DNA of 64,000 nt, taken from NCBI GenBank assembly GCA_000326865.1, contig KB095858.1:2925051-2989050 (forward strand), given 5' to 3'. The translations under genes were made by a program, and so were the position numbers. The first letter of the stretch is position 1. Each line of letters starts with the position of its first letter. The stretch comes from Helobdella robusta. Lineage: Eukaryota. Positions 27,011 through 40,700 of this stretch are shown here, one piece after another. The notes beneath the pieces are model-generated. The model had not been told where the DNA came from and ran no database searches. It worked only from the letters and a program-made list of their open reading frames with translations.

Positions 27011-28391
27011 TAAGACCTGATCAAAAGCAAGCTAATGATACAAAGACGAAAATTCGCCAAAGAAATTTGATACTAAATAGATAAGAACACTCAGTAATAT
27101 GGGGGCATCATGACTCTTTCAAGTAAAAAAAAACCATTCGCAACAGAATTTTGTAACACGTGGAGAATAGAAGGGCAAGCGGCAAACTTGTTCAACGTTA
27201 ACATCATTGCAACACGCTTAAAAATGAAATCGGCACTAAAATGTAATGCTAGTCTTATGTACGAATGGGGCATATTTCAAAAGTTGACGAATGAATGAAA
27301 ATGAATGAAACCATTACAAAAACAAGTAAATAAATGCTTGTGAAATAAATTAAATAAACATAACTAAAAGGAAAAAAACAAAGAATTAGAAAGCAAAGAT
27401 AGAAGAACGAGAAGTGAACTAATTTGCCATTGAAACAAGATGTTGAAGAACGAGTTAGAGGATAAACAATGGGTATAAACTACAAATTTAATCATTCAAC
27501 ACCTATACCAATGAATGAAGGAACGAACAAATGAATGAACAAATGAATAAATGAATGAATGAATGAAGAAACAAATGAGTGGGTGAAAAACAAATAAATG
27601 AATGAATGAGGAATGAGCAAATGAAAAAACAAAAAAATATGAATAAACAAAAACTGGAGACAAAAAAATTTAATTAGCAAACGGCGTGAAAAAAATGGAA
27701 TAAATAACTTCGCGAATGAATGCGAGATGATGACAGGAAGAAACCAACGAAAACAAAAACGCAAAACAAAAAAAATTTGAATTGAAGGAAATTTGAAGAA
27801 AAAAATCAAATTTGAAAAAACAATTTCCGAAATTTGCGCTAAATAATGGAAAAGAAATGGAAAATTAAGTAAAGTGGAGAATGTGTGATGAATGAAGGAA
27901 AGAATGCATAAAAGAATGAATGAATGAGTGAATGAATAAATGAAAGAATAAGGGAATGAGGAAATGCAGTTCTTTATTGGAATGTATGAACAAAGGAATT
28001 CGAGTGAAAAATCAAATTAGTAATTTAAAAAAGAAGATTGGGCGTTTTTTTCTTCTAAGAAACCAGCATACACACACACATACACACACACATACACACA
28101 CACACACACATCAGACACACACACACACACACACACATACAATTATACAAACATACAAACAAACAAACATACAAACAAAGTATACACACTCTTATTATTG
28201 TATACATCCACACCCATAAACACGCTAACAGAAGGCACGAAAGCATACATATTGTATATTTCACACCGCGGAGTGCCGAAAAAAGTATTTAAATCAGAAA
28301 AAACAAAGGAAATAAATGACGGCTCATTGTGGCGTACGTTTTGACACTTGCGCCCCTCTACGCTTCTGTGCTGCGTACATTACTGCGTGTG

Positions 28392-28552
28392 TGTGTTTGT
28401 TTGTTTGTTGGCTTGTTTGTTCGTTCGTTTGTTTGTTTGTTTGTTTGTTTTGTTTGTTTGTTTGTTTGTTTGTTTGTTTGTTTGTTTGTTTGTTTGTTTG
28501 TTTGTTTGTTTGTTTGTTTGTTTGTTTGTTTGTTTGTTTGTTGGCTTGTTTG
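28392..28552. repeat. (GTTT)n microsatellite, about 40 units
   Basis: Seen directly. It gives multiple overlapping spurious ORFs. Shorter (GTTT)n tracts lie at 6893-6990, 13690-13800 and 19430-19495. Confidence 0.9.
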
Positions 28553-28859
28553 TTTTCATCTGGGTACACATGTTTGTACATATTTTTGTTTGCAAAGTAC
28601 TCTTATATCGTTTTTTGGGAGAATTTTTGGAAAAAGTATTCCAGACTCTTACAAATTTCAATAAATCTAACTTTAGCTCATTGATTTAAAAGCACATTTA
28701 AAAAATTTGTTGTTTCTAATTTGTGGAGCCAAAGAAACTAAAGTATTTTAAAGTCCCAGCAGAACCATTGTAACTGACGACAACTCAATTATACATACAC
28801 GAAATAAAAATCTGCATTGAAGGTTCTTATCACATCTATCGCTGTTAACATCACGAAAC

Positions 28860-29135
28860 TCATCCATCAACCCATCCATCAATCAATTTATCAAGCCATT
28901 TATCATGCATGAATTCTTGAATCAATTTATCCAATAATCAATCTATTACAAGGCATCAATCATCTCATCAATCAAGCAATTCTACTATCGTTTCTGTGAA
29001 AGATTTATTCCATTTATCCATCACTCTATCCATCAATCCATCCATCCATCCATCCATTCATCAATCAATCCATTCATCAATCAATTCATCCCCCATCCAC
29101 CCTTTCTTTCATCCATCAATCAATCAAACAAAATT
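28860..29135. repeat. (CATC/CCAT)n-type satellite related to the TGAA family (atccatcaatca...)
   Basis: Seen directly. Confidence 0.8.
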
Positions 29136-30109
29136 CATCAACCTCCATAACTGAATATAAAAATTGTAATCAGCGGCTTCTCCGTTCGTTTCATTTGGCA
29201 AATAATTAAGAGCCTCATCAATCCTATCGAGGAATTCGATACTGTGAGACGATAAATGACTATCCGCAGACACATTCTTGCACATACACACGCCCGCATA
29301 CACACACACACAAACACACACACAAACACACACACAAACACATACACATACATCCCAAAACACTGCAGTAAAGACATTAACGATTATGCCTAGGAGGAAA
29401 TTTATTTATAGAATGAACATGATTAAGAGCAGTTTAGAAAGATTTTCTGTGTAACTATCAAACCAACAGTTTAAAGAAATAAAAAAAACAACTATTGTAT
29501 GGTTTTTACTTTGAGATGAACGAATGTTTTCATGAGAAATAAAATATATTATAGAAAAACCTTATTATCATTATTATTATCATTATATCGTTATTATTAT
29601 TATTATTATTTTTTCTTCTTTTTCTTCTTATTATTTTTTCTTTTTTTATTCTCATTATTACAATATTTAATTACCTTGTAATAAATTTTCAAAATCATCA
29701 GCTACGCACACAAAAGACGTGTGATTGCCGGAACCTCTTTGCATTCGAACACAGTCAGAGCAGCACCACGATCAGTTTTCTTAACAATGACACACTATTT
29801 CGACGACTGTGTGTGTTTAATATTTATTATTTTCATATTTCCAAATATACTTTTTGAAGAATTTGCGCTTTAACATTTCAGCGCAATGCATAGTGAGAAT
29901 GACACAAAACGCATCCAGGCCAAGTGCTTCACTTCAATTCTTATGTTTATTTTAATGTGTTTTCATATTAAAACACTATCGACTTTTAGAATTTCACTTT
30001 AAATTTATGATAAAACATTTTAAAAGCTAACAGTTTATTTAAAACCATATCTATATAAATGTCTAACAATTTTTTTATTAGATTTATGACTACGGCAGAG
30101 TTTCCTTTA

Positions 30110-30173
<64 letters not shown>

Positions 30174-30401
30174 TATGTTATATTCTATATAATGCCTCTA
30201 TTGAAAAAAACTCTATCGAATTAAATTGTCTTTTAAAATCTGCCTTCGCACCACGTTCACTTACGTCCTAAAATTTGCACTTTTATCTTCATTATTTATT
30301 TATGTAAATAAAATAAATGGATTTTTTATACCACCGTAGCTAAATATCTTTTGTTTAAATTTAATTTAATATAAATTGTTATAAATTTAAATAAATTCAC
30401 G

Positions 30402-30497
30402 ATGGACGAAACTTGGACTTTAATCTTGCTATCCCTGGCTATGTTGATTGGGTGCTATCTGGCTGGTTCCATTCCTCTGGCCATAAGTTTGTCCGAG
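30402..30497 (+). CDS. SLC39A9: ZIP9 exon 1 ([32 protein letters not shown])
   Basis: ATG at 30402. Donor GAG|gtcagt. Matches the human N-terminus. Confidence 0.85.
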
Positions 30498-33400
30498 GTC
30501 AGTTGAGTTAATGATTGGTTGTTTGATTGATTGGTTGGGATAAACAAAATTTTAATTTTTTTGTTTGTAATGATTAATTATTTCATTTTTTGATTAATCA
30601 TGATCAAATTTTTAATGTTTGATTATTATCCCTTTTATTTTATTTCCTAGGCTTTGCTTTGCTTTGGTCTTTCATGGATGTCCCATCATCTCATCTTTTT
30701 TTAATTTGTATTAATGATTTTTATTGATAAATGTCAAATAAATGATATTTATTATAATCTATATAATGATATTGATATTAATAATTAATAATATAATATC
30801 ATATATTATTTATTTATAGTTTATAATATCTATTCTACATCTATCACTGTCAGTCAAAGTTGAAGTTAGTGACAATATTAGGTGCTGGTTTGTTGGTTGG
30901 GACTGCCCTTGCAGTGATCATTCCTGAAGGCATCCATGCATTGACAGCTCATCAAGGTTATTTGCTTGGGTAGAGCATAATTTTATCAATTTTATTTTAT
31001 TTTTCTAACTCTACCTAATTCAAAGTTTTCAAGTTAAATTTTTGTCGAAATATATAAAAAATATTTTAAATATTAGAGTAATATATTTTTAAAAATTTTT
31101 CAACTTTCAGGCTCTCACAGTCATGATCATAACATCCAGCAACCAATTATTAGGCAAAAAAGAGACAACCAACCTCTCCCAATAAAACCATCACCAAGCA
31201 ATCCTCTCATCCAACCAAACATACAACAGAGAAGCGACCAGAACTCAGACCATCACCACGATCATGACCACCATGATCACGAAGCCCACTTAGAAATTAA
31301 AGAGACATCAGGGAATGAACATGGGAGTCACAGTGAGAAGGATGTGCACAGTTACATTGGGGTAGCCCTCGTCCTTGGGTTTGTCTTCATGCTGCTCGTT
31401 GATCAGATTGGTGGTAGTCACAATTTCAGTTCATCTTCTGGTTGGTTGACTGTTTTTTTGTGGTGGAAGTTCTTTTTTTAAATGTTGGCAGTTGTTTAAT
31501 TAGGTTTGTTTTATTTTCACCTGTAAGAAAATTAAACTTTTTGGTAGTTTTTTTTAAACATTTATTCATTTTTTACCTTACTAATATTTCACGTTTTTCA
31601 ATCTTACTAATAAAAAGCTAAGGTTAATATTTTTTATTAAAATAATTAATATTAGAAATATTATTATTATTAGTAGTAAAAATATTATTAATAATATTTA
31701 AAAAAAGTAATTTATTAATGATGAGTTGTTTCAATGAAACCAATTTGCATACTAGTCGAGCTCGCTCATTCATCATTTTTGTTCATGCTCAGTCAATCAA
31801 AAATTATTTTATTTTATTTTATTTACATTATCGAATGTATGTTTGTAGTTCATTACAACGGTCTATGTAATGTTTTGAATTATATTTATAATTATATTTC
31901 TATATTTATACTTTTTTTAAGATGGAGGCTTACAAAACAGACATAAAATTACGGCCACTCTTGGATTGGTTGTCCATGCTGCAGGCTGGTTGGCAGTATG
32001 AATGATTGATTGTTTGGCTGGTTGGTTGATTGAATGGATGATTGGTTGATTGAACATTGAATGGATGGGTGTGTGTTTGATTGATTTCTTGATTAATCTG
32101 ATGCCTAATTTGTTGAGTGGCTTGATGTCCAAATAATTAATTGAATGAGTTTATGGTTGGTTTTGTGGCTGATTGATCAGTTGGCTAATCAGTTGGTTGT
32201 TTGATTGGTCAGTTGGTTGATTAGAAGAACAGTTGTTTTGTTATTTATATAGCCTAGTTGGTTCATAAATTAGTTTATTGATTCACTGTTTATTAATTAA
32301 TTAGGTAATAATTTACTGTTTAAAATTTAATATCTTTTTTTATTATTTATCATCTTTTATTACATATCAACACGTACTTTCCTTTTATCTCATGTACTAA
32401 ACAGTCAAACATTTGTTACGCTTATTGATTGAAATTATTGATATTTCTACTGCAATATATATGTTTGTAGCTAGAGCTGTGTGGAGCTTGTTCTAATTAG
32501 TCATTCTATTTTCGTTTTTGTTTTACTGATTTTGGCATTAGCTGTTTGTTTATTTCGTTTATTTATTTTCATGTTCTGTTATAAATAGTTTTTTATACAT
32601 AAGCTCCGTTTTACTCATAAAGTTAATTTATCTCTATAGTTAAGGGTATTTCATTGCTTTATGAGACATTAATCAAACTGCTCCATCCATTTATGCGAAT
32701 TAGAACTGGAACAAATTATAAATGTTTCATTTTCTTTAATAAATTTTTATTTAAGCGTAGCAAGCGTCTAATAGGCTATGCACTTCCTTAAATCATTTAT
32801 TCTAATTAAGGTAAATTTATGATAATTTATGATAATTTAACAGCCGATGGTATTGCACTTGGGGCTGCTGCCTCGACATCTCAGATGCACGTTGAGATGA
32901 TTGTCTTCGTGGCTATCATGCTACACAAGGTTGTTAACAACATTATCAGGAAAAACCCTTTCAACGTTCTATCAATAATAACATTGATGGGTGGTTCTAC
33001 TAAAAAAATAGCAAATTCATTATAGATACAAAACTTTACATGACATAAATAACATTACAACAATCAATTACACTGTATTACAATGATAACAACAACAGCA
33101 CGACATTGCATTGTACTTTTAACAAGACATTCAACAACTGCATCAAACAAAACAACACACACACACATTATTTTTCACACCAACGACTCAATAAGTAAAG
33201 ACAACAACCCCAACCAACTACAACAAAAACAGGCCCCAGCAGCATTTGGACTTGTATCATTCTTGTTACACGAAGGATTTGACAGAAATCGAATCAGGAA
33301 GCATCTTGCTGTTTTTGCTCTCTCCGCTCCCGTTTTAGCTGTCCTCACCTACTTTGGACTTGGTCAGGTGAGTTGCTTACATTTCTTCTTTGAATTCGTT

Positions 33401-33970
33401 TCATCATTAAAGTAGCAAAAGTTCATATGATAATTTAGCTAGCCTGCTGCCTGTATTTTATGAATCAACGTGCTGTCCTTTTAAATAGTTGAAGAAAGAT
33501 AATTTGTTAAATCTACTAAACACTCAACTACCATTATACAACAAACTACTTTCAACCAAATTAGATACTTTATCTCATGAATTATTCAAATACGATCCAC
33601 AATGTTTGTTCTTTTGTTCATTAATTTTAAATCCACCAAATAATCACTCAGCTACAAACTACTTAACTAAATTCAGAAAAGCAAAGAGGCTCTATCGGAG
33701 GTGAACGCCACTGGGCTAGCCATGTTGTTCAGCGGAGGTACCTTCCTGTACGTAGCCACAGTGCACATCCTTCCTGAACTTTCCAAAATGGGTTCCAGTG
33801 GTCACCAACTTCAATCCAACATCCTCCCGGAAAACATGCCAGGCAGTTCAGGGAGTATCACAATCAACCACTACCACCACCATAGTAAAGGGTTTAACAG
33901 ACTCGAGTTGACTGTCATGGTCGTAGGCTGTCTACTGCCACTCATTCTTGCTCTGGGCCATCATCATTAA
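30402..33970 (+). CDS. SLC39A9: Zinc transporter ZIP9 (SLC39A9) gene span, 7 coding exons, about 368 aa
   Basis: Spliced translation matches human ZIP9 end to end: [142 protein letters not shown]-terminal LGHHH. AATAAA about 185 nt past the stop. Confidence 0.88.
30854..30956 (+). CDS. SLC39A9: ZIP9 exon 2 ([34 protein letters not shown])
   Basis: Acceptor ctgtcag|, donor CAAG|gttatt. Phase is consistent with the flanking exons. Confidence 0.85.
31111..31440 (+). CDS. SLC39A9: ZIP9 exon 3 (His-rich cytoplasmic loop plus TM region [17 protein letters not shown])
   Basis: Acceptor ttcag|GCTCTCAC, donor TCTG|gttggt. Contains the HDHNIQQ...[14 protein letters not shown] loop. Confidence 0.8.
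31922..31984 (+). CDS. SLC39A9: ZIP9 exon 4 ([21 protein letters not shown])
   Basis: Acceptor ttttttaag|. Frame and homology ([16 protein letters not shown]) require the exon to end at GCAG|gctggt, which would be a GC donor. The 3' boundary is uncertain. Confidence 0.6.
32844..32929 (+). CDS. SLC39A9: ZIP9 exon 5 ([29 protein letters not shown])
   Basis: Acceptor ttaacag|CCGATGG, donor CACAAG|gttgtt. Confidence 0.85.
33233..33367 (+). CDS. SLC39A9: ZIP9 exon 6 ([45 protein letters not shown])
   Basis: Acceptor aaaacag|GCCCCAGC, donor GGTCAG|gtgagt. Confidence 0.88.
33677..33970 (+). CDS. SLC39A9: ZIP9 exon 7 (terminal; [18 protein letters not shown]...LALGHHH*)
   Basis: Acceptor aattcag|AAAAGC. 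Stop TAA at 33968-33970. Confidence 0.85.
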   Translation, partial: KSKEALSEVNATGLAMLFSGGTFLYVATVHILPELSKMGSSGHQLQSNILPENMPGSSGSITINHYHHHSKGFNRLELTVMVVGCLLPLILALGHHH

Positions 33971-33982
33971 TTTGAAATGATA

Positions 33983-34064
<82 letters not shown>

Positions 34065-34424
34065 GTCTGTGTTCTTATATTCTTGAAGACTATTGAAAAC
34101 ATCCTTGACACTAAATTTTTCATTTGGATGCTCTGGTTTTCATTTTTGATTGTTGTGATGTATATAAATAAATTATATGTAAATAAATTTGAATTGAAAT
34201 GTGTGAGAATTCCTAATTCTTACAATATATATATACATACATATGTATATATGTGTGTGTATGTATATGCAACTGCTGCTTTCATTCATATGAAATAAAA
34301 TGTCAGATCTAAACAAACGGTCCTACTACGTCTAATTTAATTAATGAAGATTCTTCTTGTTTGCAGTTGACATTATTTAGTTTGATATTTAAAAATATTT
34401 TATTTTAGCCATACTATTTGGGTG

Positions 34425-34456
<32 letters not shown>

Positions 34457-36038
34457 ATTTGCGAATTTTATTTGCAATGTTTTCAATCACATACATACTA
34501 ACGGAAAAACATTAAATTTGTCTGTCGGTCTCTCTCTCTGTCTGTCTCTCTTATTTCAAGTGTGTTCGATGCGTTTTTATTTCCATAAAGACGTTATAAA
34601 CATTAACTTCTTACGTTTGTCTTATCGCAAGTGTATTTGTTCTAATGAATTTTTATTTTTGATTTTAAAGTGACACTACTTCGTTACAGATTTTTTTCCC
34701 TGTATAATTATTAGGTTTGTCACTTTTATGGTCAAGCGCTTACTTAATCGTACAGTGTTCTGGTTTGATTGCACTGTCAGACAGACAACCAAATTAAAAT
34801 ACACGAGTACATTTTATAAAATGAACGTTTTGTGTGTATGTTGATGCATACAAACACATACATTCATACACACATACATACGTACAAACATACATACATA
34901 CATATAAACACATATACAAACGTACATACATACAAACATATATACAAACATACATACACACAATGCAGTTTTAGTTTCTATTGAAGCAGCTGTTACATCG
35001 TTTTTAAACTGTTTCAGTTTGTTGCTCATTTATGTACCACCTTTGAAGTTTAGACACGTGAACAAGCTGATGTTCAGCACGGTTCATTTGTTCACATTAT
35101 TTTGGTCCACATTTATAATGTTATTTGAAATTTTTATTATTAGTAGTATGCATTTCATTTTGATTACTCATTAAAAAATCAGAATATGAAAGACGCGAGA
35201 TTTTGTGGATTGTTTTAATCATTTATCATAATCTTTTCTTAATCATTGAAATCTACTATAGAGATATCGAAATGAATCGTCATTATTAATTTTACTCCCG
35301 TTAGCCGTTGTTGCATCGTTAAACAACGGAGCAAAGTATTATTATTACTGCTATTGTTGTAGCAATATCATTTTTATTTGTATTATTTATTTATTCATTT
35401 ATTAAACTGGTTTTCGGCATCTAGAATAAAGTCGAAACTGAAATCCTATTTCTAACTTGCAGTGACTGGATTCTTAAGCTGGTTGCTAACGAACGTTATG
35501 TAAAGTAAAAGCTTCTTCATGGTAGACGAAGAATAAATATATATGTATATTCATTCATTTTTTTTATTCTTCCATCATTCATCCATTTATCCACTCGTTC
35601 TTTCATTCTTTCATTAAATATTTTATAATTGATACTACCATTAAGTAGTAAATATCAACAAGCTGTGTAGTAGCAGTAGTTGTAGTAGCAGTTGTTGTAG
35701 TAGTAGTGGTGGTGATTGTGTGGTTATTTTTATTTATTTCTATGATTATTTATCTCCAATTTTTTTCATCCTCTGTTCTTAATACTATTAAATTTTAAAC
35801 GACGTAATGTAACTTATTTGACTTATTCGTGCATTGAACGGTTACACAAATTATTTTTTTTATTGATTCAGGCTGTATTATCTTTGGGTTTTTTTACCTT
35901 TCTTTAAATATTTAATTTTATTTTATCGTGTTGTGGCTGGTGTGCAATGCAAAATGTCTTAAAGAAGTTTTATTTGTAACTTGTGTGTGTGTGTGTGCGT
36001 GATGTATGTGTGAATAATGTGTGTGTGTGAGAGAGTGA

Positions 36039-36106
36039 AGAGTGAGTGAGTGAGTGAGTGAGTGAGTGAGTGAGTGTGTGAGTGAGTGAGTGAGTGTAAG
36101 GTTACA
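36039..36106. repeat. (GAGT)n microsatellite
   Basis: Seen directly. Confidence 0.9.
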
Positions 36107-36717
36107 ATTCGCTCTTTGTAAATTTATATAGTACAAATTTGGACACGATTCGACGATGTACACTCAAAATTCTCCACTGATTAACTAAAATTTCACATCA
36201 TCATGACGTCATAAAAAAGTTTTAATAACAGCTTTTTGTCTTGTCGTGTTCATTTGCAGGATAATAATCTCAAATTGTGGTCAACTAGTGGTCAATATGG
36301 ACGATAAGTAAATAAATTTGTTATTGGTATCGTATAGATGATGTTTTTTTAGAAATGCGATTAAATGAAGGATATAGGTTACTTCAAGTTAGCTCTAGTC
36401 TAGCGGTAAAAGCAGCAGTGGTGGTTTTAAAAACTGTTGTGGTATTTTCTTTTCAATTAACGAGAATTGAACTATACCGCTTTACCTTGAAAAGTTTACG
36501 TCATGATTATTTAGCTGTCGAGGATATAATTATTTTGAGTTTCCAGCAGGCATTTAGTGAATGGTAAGGGCAATGCTGCTCTCAATTCTAATGATGTTTA
36601 TAATGGGAAGAATTCAAAAAGAGCACATCCAGTATAAAATTAGTGGCTATTTATAGTGAAATAAATAGCTTATTGAAATAACTAGTAACTCATACTTGTA
36701 GAATAAAACATTGTGTA

Positions 36718-36786
<69 letters not shown>

Positions 36787-37687
36787 ACTATATTATTCTT
36801 TTATTTGTATTTATGATTCTTTGGTCAGTTAACTTGTTCCCTTCTTAGTCCTTCTTCGTTATTGCTCGTGTTCTCGTGCTCTCTCAGTTTTTTCGTCCTA
36901 TTATCGTTCTCTGAAGATTTTGATTGCTATTCTTACCTACCGTCCTTTAATAAATAAGTAATATCTTATTTTTAGTTTTGTCATAAATTGATTTTTGTGA
37001 AGGTTATATGATATATATTTATATTATATATCCTTGAAATAAAGTTTTTTAAGGTGATTGACAGCAACCTTGTTAGTGCCCATCCCAAGTAGCAGCATGT
37101 AGTATATAAGAAGCTTATTTATAATTATTATAATGATGTAACATTGTAATTTTTTTAACAGAACATCGCCTGTTTAGTCTAATTTAAAAGTATTACAATT
37201 TTTCTAATACTTTTCATTGACTTTTAGAATTTGACAAATCTTCTATTTTGGTCAAGTTACAAATCTGTTTTTATTTTTAAATAATTTAATTTTAATATTA
37301 ATTTTAATTTAAATCAATAATAAAAATTGAGTAATTTTTTATGTTAATAAGTAAGCATTTAAAAAATATTTTTAAATTCCAGAAAATGATGTTTGTGTAG
37401 AAAAATTTATTCTTAGTTTAGCAATAGCTTTGACAAGGGAGCTATTGAATAAAAATGAAATTAAATCTTTTTTTGTATCATTTGTAAAGTGCATCATAGT
37501 GTTATAGGCATTAATAATGGATAGTACTATTTTAACATATTGTTCAAATTTGAGATGTTTAACATTATTTTATGTTTAAATTTTATGTTTAATTTTACAT
37601 TAATTCTGCTTTAGTCTTAATTGTTTATTTAATCTAATTTATAAATTAGAAAAATTGGTTTAAATTAAATTTGAAACTTATAATTTA

Positions 37688-37701
37688 TTTCCCATTCAGA
37701 C
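37688..37701 (+). promoter_or_regulatory. HEATR1: Strong splice-acceptor-like motif (tttcccattcag) immediately 5' of the HEATR1 ATG; possible 5'UTR intron
   Basis: Pyrimidine tract plus CAG two nt before the ATG. A candidate upstream non-coding exon with donor TG|gtaagg lies near 36563. Confidence 0.3.
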
Positions 37702-40700
37702 ATGTCATTGAAAGAACAGTTGCAAAAACTTGCGGTGCCTCAAAGCAGACATCATTTGGAAAGTCAAAAGTCTTCTTTGTTATTTGATTCTAATGAAGTT
37801 GCATCCCTCGACAGTGAAGTTGTTCTTGAGTTGGCCATCAGTGGTTTGAATGCTCTAGTTGCCCTCAATAAATCATTCACAAAGTATGAGCCACTGTTGT
37901 TCAATAAAAGTTTTGATAGAATGATTCAAGGAAAAAAAGTTAATAAAGACCTAGACAATGTGATAAAACAGTACTTGATTGAATTATCTCCATATTTTCT
38001 TACCAAGCCTGCTTTAAAAACTCTGGAATGGTTAGTTTACAAGTACCAGATACACCAGTTCAACATTGATGCTTTGTTGATGACAATACTACCTTACCAC
38101 TACTCGAATATGTTTGTCAAAGTTTTGACAATTCTTGATATCCAGAATCCTACAAACAAGTGGCACTGGTTGTACAATTGTGCTAAATCTGGCATCCCAT
38201 TGCCAAAATCTGTTTTGATCAACCATTGTAAGAAGGATTCTTTGTTCTTACACTCAATATTCAATTACGTTGATGATTATGTGGAGCAATTTGGAAGGAA
38301 GAGTAGTCATTTAAATTTATTTCTGGAACATGTAACACATATTGGTATCTGTTTATTAAACAATGTTTCAGAAGTGACAGAGGAGATTGTATCTGTTCTC
38401 ATTCAATTTTGTATTCGCGGATTGAAATCTAAATGTTTGATCTGGGAGTTAAGTTGCTATTCAATACTAAGCAGCTTGACAGCTAATGTAACTCTAAACT
38501 TCAATAATGTGTTGTTGTTATGTAGACTCATTGCAAAGAAACATTCTAACAAATTATTCAAAGAAGCAATGTGCTGTCTCAGTGTTATAGTAGCCAATCA
38601 GAATGGTGAATATCCAGATGATTTGTTCAAATTTTTAAAGTTAGATGATACTAACCTCTTAGAAATTCAAACACTCAATGAAATGTTTGATATGAGAAAA
38701 TTCATGAATCTTCTATCAAAAACAAACGACAAAATTAGTGTTAAAAAACAAAAGAAAAGTATTAAAGCAAAAAAAATTTCTGTTGAAAATTTAGAAAAAG
38801 TATCACCATCTGGTGACTTTGTAAGCTTGCCAAAAAGTCGTGATTCTCTGAAATGTAGTGAAACTTCAGATAACAACGCACAAGCAATCGAACAAATTAC
38901 TGAACTAGAAACAAAATTTCTAGCAAATCAGGAGGATCATTCAGTCATAGATGCATTAGTCAACTTGGCAATGTCTGGTGACAGTTTTTTGTTCAAACAT
39001 GTTAAAGCATGTTTTAGAAAATTTGCTCTCAAACATATTCACATATTTCATGTTTTAAATGAAAATAATGATCTACCCAAGAGGAAAAAATTAAAATCAG
39101 AAAAGTCTCCTCTCAATACAAAAAAAATTCAAACACTGTTAGAAATGATATTGGTTGGAAAAGAGTTGGATGGGAGCAAGGAAATGTGCTTGGTGTTGAA
39201 TTCACTGCTATCAAGGCTCTCCGGCGAATGCAGTGAGAATATGGAATACTGCATTCAGCTCGTTTTAACTATTTTTTCTCAAATTATTAGCACATGGAAG
39301 AAATCAGATGTAAAGAAATGTAATTATGAAAACTACATCAATATTGAAGTACTAGTCAATACCTTGAGACAGACAAAAAATTTCCAGACGCAACAACACG
39401 TTTTATTGTGTCTGGCTGATTGCATAGTCATTAATCAGGATCAAATGCTTCACAACATAGTTTCTATATTTACGTTCATGGGTGACAGTTTGTTACAAAA
39501 GGATGATTTATATACGTCCCAAGTAATGACAAAATTGATCGATGTCATTTTATCTGCTGTCAGACAACTTCCTGAAAATTCAAAAAAAGTTGATGAAATT
39601 TTGCTTGACGTTTTTCGAGTGTTTGTTGATGCAAGGAAACACATTTCTCAACATAGATTGATTCCATTGTTCAAGCAGTTGGTTGGCTTTGATCTTGATG
39701 AATGTTTGTGGAAGTTGCTAGTTTTGGTAATTGAATCAAATGTCAGACGGAGAGATGCTACAATAGTTGATCTGAAGGGTGCAACAACAGATAAACAGAT
39801 GCAAAATGTTGATCTTGACATCATTGCGGTTTTATTATCCAACTACACAGTTGAGACTCAATTGAAAACAATGAACAAACTGGTAAAGTTTCTTGATGAA
39901 TTTATATCGATCCTAGTAAAAAGTGATTCTTCAATAGCTATTGTTGATTCAAGTATCAAAAACTTTCCTCAGTTGTGCCGAATGTTAATATTTAATCTCA
40001 ATAAAATTATTTTATCTGCTGTTGCTGACAAAGATTTCATAATGGAATTCTTGTGTAACATGGACAAAGAGGTTAGCAACAAAGAAATTGAAAGTTTGTT
40101 CAAAGAATTGGTTAATAGATTCATCATTTATATGCTGAAGATAACAGAGCAGCAAAAAACTAATATATCTGAAAAAATCTATGAAAAGTATTATTTTTCT
40201 CTTATGAAAATCATACACAACACTCTTGAAAAAATTAATTACCTGATGCCTGCTCACTTGTTTGTTGATGTTATGGAAAGTTTGTTGAATCACGAACAAG
40301 CTTCTGCTCAATGCCAGGCTTTAGAGTTGATCAACTCTAAACTGCTTCAACTGGAACACAGCCTTTCACTTCGCAAGTCATTTGAATGTGGACTAAAGTT
40401 GGTTCCATTACTTATTATATCACTGGAAAAAGAGAAGAGCAAATTAGATGCAATTTATTTGAAGTATCACAAACAGTTGTGCTTCATGAATTTGAAAATG
40501 CTCTGCAGATACTATGGACCTGAAAATATGAACGAATTTGAATTACTACCTGAGGTTATCAACAAGATTTTAATCAGACAAGATGAAGCCAACCCTGCTC
40601 TAATTGATAGTTCGCTCTTATGTTTGGTGGATTTAATTCCAGTGCAAAAAAATAAGTTTTTTCCACATCTGAAGCCCATGATGATCCCTTTCATGAATCT

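Noticed and set aside
28316-28689. Cluster of 85-122-aa ORFs on both strands (poly-CLFV / poly-TNKQ)
   Set aside because: Pure translation of the (GTTT)n microsatellite. No complexity and no splice or homology support.
38667-40694. Several 60-99-aa ORFs on the - strand inside HEATR1
   Set aside because: Antisense to a strongly supported conserved CDS, with no homology. These are chance ORFs in AT-rich coding DNA.
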